Below, piece after piece: positions 62,348 through 64,000 of a stretch of DNA of 64,000 nucleotides. Position 1 is the first letter of the stretch. Each line of letters starts with the position of its first letter. The stretch covers positions 480,001 to 544,000 of the forward strand of contig CAWJYV010000007.1 in the NCBI GenBank assembly GCA_963847185.1, in the 5' to 3' direction. This DNA is from an uncultured Methanosarcinaceae archaeon. GTDB taxonomy: Archaea > Halobacteriota > Methanosarcinia > Methanosarcinales > Methanosarcinaceae. The notes beneath the pieces were generated by a model that had not been told where the DNA came from, did not search any database, and saw nothing but the letters and a program-made list of their open reading frames with translations. The translations under genes and the position numbers were made by a program.

Positions 62348-63367
62348 TTAATCAGATTCTTCATGTGTAATTTGGTATAATGTCTTCATAAGGGAATACT
62401 TTTTGGTGTGTAGGGTTGCAGTGTAGTAAGGCACAACTTCTGGAGAAAAACCCATTATGAAATCCGCAAATCTGGCAATGTTTGCTGCCATCACGTTCAT
62501 GTGATCGAAATTTCTGGATTTCAGGTCAAGAAACTCATTATAATACAGCAGGGAGTTGGCACCCGTCCGACCAAAGGCAGGGTTAAGGGCTGAAGACCAG
62601 GTAACCGTACATCCCTTACCGTACAGGTTTAGATGGGATGCAATGGCTTCTCCTTCGGGAGTTTCCGTGACAAACATATATCCTACGTCTTTCTCCTGAA
62701 TCAACTTAAATACTCTTTCAAAAAATTCTTTTGGAACAGGAAGTGCTAGATTTTGCTTTTCATAAACCATGGAAAGTAGATGGTAATAGATCTCGGGATC
62801 GTTTGATATTCTCGTTTTGAGTCCTGCCTCTTCTGCGGATTTAAGCTCCCTTCGGATCTTTCTTGAGAGGTTGCCATCTACATCTTCCTTGAGATTTAGA
62901 TAATGGGTATAGCGCACACTGGAGTCCCATCCATTCCATGTAAAAGGTCTTATATCCTCAATTCCCGGAGAAAATGTCAGATGAATACTCTCAAATCCCT
63001 GTTTGCAGAGAAACTCTCTGAGAGCATTAAAGACTTCATGAGTTTCCTGAACTTTTTTACTTGCTTTGGGGCTTGCTCCCTCTTTTATAAGGGGGCCGCA
63101 ATAGTCAGTCATATTACAGGTAGAAGATGCCACTTTCATAATTCCTTTCAAATTTTTAATGAATATAGGACACCCTCCCACAAGCTCATCTTTTCGGAAA
63201 CAACCATAAATCTTGAGCTCTCTCGAAAGAACATCCCTGCAGATTCCCAGCCAGTCACTCATGTGAAAGAGTGTCCCAGGTTGAGCTTTTTCTACAAGCA
63301 GGTCCCATTCCTTATATTCGGATGGCAGTAATTCTCTAACTTCAATTTCGTCCATTTTAAGCCCCAT
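62348..63367 (-). CDS. GNAT/FemAB-like acetyltransferase-domain protein of a glycan cluster
   Basis: EWD.LV....GTLFH..DWL, RKIRRELKSA, GANSLL; adjacent to a glycosyltransferase. Confidence 0.75.
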   Translation of the reverse strand: MGLKMDEIEVRELLPSEYKEWDLLVEKAQPGTLFHMSDWLGICRDVLSRELKIYGCFRKDELVGGCPIFIKNLKGIMKVASSTCNMTDYCGPLIKEGASPKASKKVQETHEVFNALREFLCKQGFESIHLTFSPGIEDIRPFTWNGWDSSVRYTHYLNLKEDVDGNLSRKIRRELKSAEEAGLKTRISNDPEIYYHLLSMVYEKQNLALPVPKEFFERVFKLIQEKDVGYMFVTETPEGEAIASHLNLYGKGCTVTWSSALNPAFGRTGANSLLYYNEFLDLKSRNFDHMNVMAANIARFADFIMGFSPEVVPYYTATLHTKKYSLMKTLYQITHEESD

Positions 63368-63382
63368 AATGATTATTCATTT

Positions 63383-63464
63383 CTTAAGCGTGGATAGATA
63401 GCTTCGTATCTTAGTGTGGATAGATAACTTCGTACCTTAACGTGGATAGATAACTTCGTATCTT
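63383..63464. repeat. 26-bp tandem repeat x3
   Basis: gtggatagata(a/g)cttcgta(t/c)ctt starting at 63390, 63416 and 63442. Confidence 0.85.
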
Positions 63465-63501
63465 TATAAGTTATAGGAAAACATAAGACAGATCAGTTTT
63501 T

Positions 63502-63999
63502 TCAGTCCTGAAGTTCTGCTTTGCAGACTCTGTCAACTTGTTTCGCAACGCTGTACCAGCTGTAATTTTCAGTAACATAACTTAAACCTTTTGAACCCAT
63601 TTTCTTACTTAATTCAGAATTTTCAAGCAGTTTTAAGATAGCTTCTGCAAGCTCACCAGGATTTTCCGGAAGGACAGGGATGCCTCCCTCGGAAGCTTCA
63701 AGTGCATCTGAAACACCGCTTATATTGCTTGCAACAACTGGTTTTCCGCAGGCCATGTACTCATATAGTTTTAAAGGAGATAAGCCAATCTTTGCATTTC
63801 TGGCAAATATGAAGGGGGCAACACAGGCATCGCTTGCGTTAATGTAGCGAGGTACTCGCTCGTAAGCAACTACACCTGTAAAAATGAACCTTTTTTCAAC
63901 TCCAAGTTCTTTCGAGATATTAATAAGTTCATTTTTCATTATCCCATCTCCAACAATCAGAAAATAGCATTCTGGAAATCGGGAAAGTACGGACGGAGC
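63502..63999 (-). CDS. Glycosyltransferase family 4 (GT-B); 5' part lies outside the window
   Basis: Frame is open to the window edge (…FLIVGDG…); SPLKLYEYMACGKPVVAS, YSW motifs. Confidence 0.88.
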   Translation of the reverse strand, partial: APSVLSRFPECYFLIVGDGIMKNELINISKELGVEKRFIFTGVVAYERVPRYINASDACVAPFIFARNAKIGLSPLKLYEYMACGKPVVASNISGVSDALEASEGGIPVLPENPGELAEAILKLLENSELSKKMGSKGLSYVTENYSWYSVAKQVDRVCKAELQD

Positions 64000-64000
64000 T

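Noticed and set aside
63424-63462. loxP-like ATAACTTCGTA sequence
   Set aside because: Only direct half-site matches inside a tandem repeat; no inverted arm with 8-bp spacer and no recombinase.

Overview
This window is a chromosomal segment of a Methanosarcina-like methanogenic archaeon. It is mostly core genome: split-type tgtA, thermosome, sufCB/smsCB, nrpR, ychF, tRNA-Arg(GCG), a methanol-utilisation region (mtaA, corrinoid activase, CobW-type GTPase, mtaCB, SatP transporter, CDF, two hydantoinase-like ATPases, Msr-type regulators), a P2C-like ATPase, a hybrid kinase/receiver pair, a six-gene Ehr/Hyf-like membrane complex and the end of a glycosylation cluster. An ~8.5 kb accessory block of exported proteins lies at 3.1-11.7 kb. 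The most notable observations are: (1) an Ehr/Hyf-like complex whose large subunit has no NiFe cysteines and whose small subunit has lost all four Fe-S cysteines; (2) a secreted pro-form Zn-dependent phospholipase C/P1-nuclease gene flanked by two diverged membrane-anchored paralogs of unknown function and followed by a subtilase, resembling an effector/immunity/maturase module; (3) a 123-bp MITE with perfect TIRs and a target-site duplication; (4) a duplicated GGAGG-loop hairpin and possible uORF in the long mtaCB leader. No CRISPR array, rRNA or transposase was seen. All family calls come from motif recognition by eye; no database searches were run.
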